In this document: in pieces, positions 62,462 to 64,000 of the stretch
Layout of the letters: every line of letters begins with the position of its first letter
How positions within the stretch are numbered: the first letter of the stretch is position 1
NCBI RefSeq assembly: GCF_041146345.1
Contig: NW_027191410.1
Span: 1,240,001-1,304,000 of the forward strand
Length of the DNA: 64,000 bases
From: Neodothiora populina
Lineage: Eukaryota
Reading direction: 5' to 3'
Translations under genes and position numbers: made by a program
Notes under the pieces: generated by a model
What the model saw: the letters and a program-made list of their open reading frames with translations, nothing else
What the model was told of the DNA's origin: nothing
The model's database searches: none

Positions 62462-64000
62462 TCACTCCGTACCCCAACCCAGAGTCCCGTTCAGATCCCT
62501 AAAGTCACCTCTCAGGCACCCGACCCCGTCCCTCTTGACCTCCTCCACGAGCTCCTTGACTTTAGGCGCGATGTTCTCTGCACTGAATCCGAAATAATCA
62601 TACGCTTCCTTGCCAGGCAAACTCTTGCCAAACGAACTCATGCAAAAACCTGCGTCGGCATACCTTTCCCACCCGTTGACCGCATACGCTTCAATCACCA
62701 CCCGCGGCGCATCCGTGTCCCAGCGCAGCACCGATTTCCTGTACTCCCACGACTGGGCGTCGAAGAGGCGCTGGCAGGGGAAACTGACGACGCGCGCCGA
62801 GACGCCGTATTCGGTCTCGAGAAGCTCCTTTGTGGCGACTGCAAAGTTCAGCTCTGCGCCGATGCCGATGAGCGTCACGTCTGCTGGCTCGGTGGCTTCC
62901 ATGAGCACGTAGCCGCCCTTTTGCACTTTGTCGCGGTCTGTGTGCTCGGGGTATTGAGGCAGCGCTTGACGGCTGAGCGAGATGATGGTCGGGGTCCGTG
63001 GCGCCGACATGGCTGCGATGAATGCGCCCGCTACTTCTTCGCTGTCGCAGGGGCGCATGTACAGCAGGTTTGGCATGCTGCGGTAGAGGTTCGCCAGAGC
63101 GATAGGTTGGTGTGTGGGACCATCCTCGCCTGTTCCGATCGAGTCGTGTGTTGCGATGTGGATCTGTTGGAGGCCTTGTAGAGCTCCCATGCGGATGCCG
63201 GGCGCGGCGTAGATGTAGAACATGAAGAAGGAAGATGTCACCGGAAGAATGGTGCCGCGGTTGTACGCCACCAGTCCGTTGGATATGGATGCCATGGCGT
63301 GTTCGCGGACGCCCCAGTGGATGTATCGACCAGTGTAGTCGCCGTTGATCCCGCACGCTGTCTGGAGCTCGGGATGCTGGAAATCTTTCTTGCCTTTCCA
63401 CGCCATGTGTACCGACGGCGTGAGGTCTGCTGTTCCAACCATCAGGCTGGGCAGATGTTCAGCCAAGGGGTTGCATACAAAACCCGCAGACTTTCGGGAT
63501 GGCGTTGGTGCTTTGGGGAAAGAACCTTTGGCCGGGATGAATCGAGTCCAGTCGTCCGCCATCTTGCCTGACACTCGGAGTTTGAACTCCTTCCCAAGCT
63601 CGGGATACTTGCGGCTGTAGGCATCGACCAGGTCGCTCCATTTCTTCTCGTAGTCTTGGCCGCGTGACCGCGCTTCGTGGAAGAAGTCGTAGACCGAGTC
63701 GGGAACGACAAAGTGTTTCTCCGGGTCCATGCCAAAGGCACGCTTGATGTATGCTACATCCTCTGCTCCAAACGCTGCACCGTGAGTCTTTGCGTCTCCT
63801 GCATTTGAGCTACCGACTCCGATGATGGTGCGGATGTTAATGAATGTGGGCTTGTCCGTGCTGGCTCGACCAGCAATGAGTGCCTGAACAATATCGGTGA
63901 TGTTGTTGACTCCGTCATGCACATCAATGACATTCCATCCGAATGCTCTCATCTTGCCGTTGACATCGTCGTTGCAAGTCATATCCACGGAACCGTCACA
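62462..64000 (-). CDS. Transketolase family, dihydroxyacetone-synthase-like; 5' end lies beyond the window
   Basis: HGAAF, GTADLTPS, GRYIHWGVREHAM, SSFFMFYIY, THDSIGTGEDGPTHQPI, RPCD, SFGKSLP. The SSFFMFY/SFGxSLP variants favour the DAS subgroup. Confidence 0.92.
   Translation of the reverse strand, partial: CDGSVDMTCNDDVNGKMRAFGWNVIDVHDGVNNITDIVQALIAGRASTDKPTFINIRTIIGVGSSNAGDAKTHGAAFGAEDVAYIKRAFGMDPEKHFVVPDSVYDFFHEARSRGQDYEKKWSDLVDAYSRKYPELGKEFKLRVSGKMADDWTRFIPAKGSFPKAPTPSRKSAGFVCNPLAEHLPSLMVGTADLTPSVHMAWKGKKDFQHPELQTACGINGDYTGRYIHWGVREHAMASISNGLVAYNRGTILPVTSSFFMFYIYAAPGIRMGALQGLQQIHIATHDSIGTGEDGPTHQPIALANLYRSMPNLLYMRPCDSEEVAGAFIAAMSAPRTPTIISLSRQALPQYPEHTDRDKVQKGGYVLMEATEPADVTLIGIGAELNFAVATKELLETEYGVSARVVSFPCQRLFDAQSWEYRKSVLRWDTDAPRVVIEAYAVNGWERYADAGFCMSSFGKSLPGKEAYDYFGFSAENIAPKVKELVEEVKRDGVGCLRGDFRDLNGTLGWGTE

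Noticed and set aside
62339..63181. 280-aa plus-strand ORF
   Set aside because: Antisense to the transketolase gene.
1..64000. CRISPR arrays, rRNA, snRNA, telomeric arrays, intact transposons
   Set aside because: No regularly spaced repeats, no rRNA or snRNA signatures, only isolated TTAGGG hexamers, and no transposase, RT or integrase motifs seen by eye.

Overview
This is a eukaryotic window from a filamentous ascomycete (Pezizomycotina; Dothideomycetes-like by inference only). Genes carry short GT-AG introns with CTRAY-type branch points. I built 17 protein-coding gene models plus one pseudogene by hand: a Zn2Cys6 transcription factor, Osh1/Swh1-type oxysterol-binding protein, Sac-domain phosphoinositide phosphatase, two PTH11-like membrane proteins, a DUF1989 protein, an ELO-family elongase-like protein, importin beta-1, a metallophosphoesterase, a CmcJ/AsaB-like protein, a sedolisin (S53), Tfb6-like, GWT1, Sfr1/Mei5-like, a BBE-like FAD oxidase, trifunctional HIS4, a 5'-truncated dihydroxyacetone-synthase-type transketolase, and two uncharacterised genes. 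There are five intron-containing tRNA genes, four of them in a gene-poor block at 16.5-20 kb, plus several micro- and minisatellites. No transposon ORF, rRNA or CRISPR array was recognised. Best leads: (i) a divergent, near-identical tRNA-Leu(CAG)/tRNA-Leu(AAG) pair suggesting duplication plus anticodon shift; (ii) a 248-codon open frame continuing in frame after the predicted importin-beta stop; (iii) adjacent Osh1 and Sac-phosphatase genes; (iv) a doubly frameshifted pseudogene; (v) an apparent excess of AAG splice acceptors. None is proven as a new system. Family assignments come from recognised motifs, not database searches.
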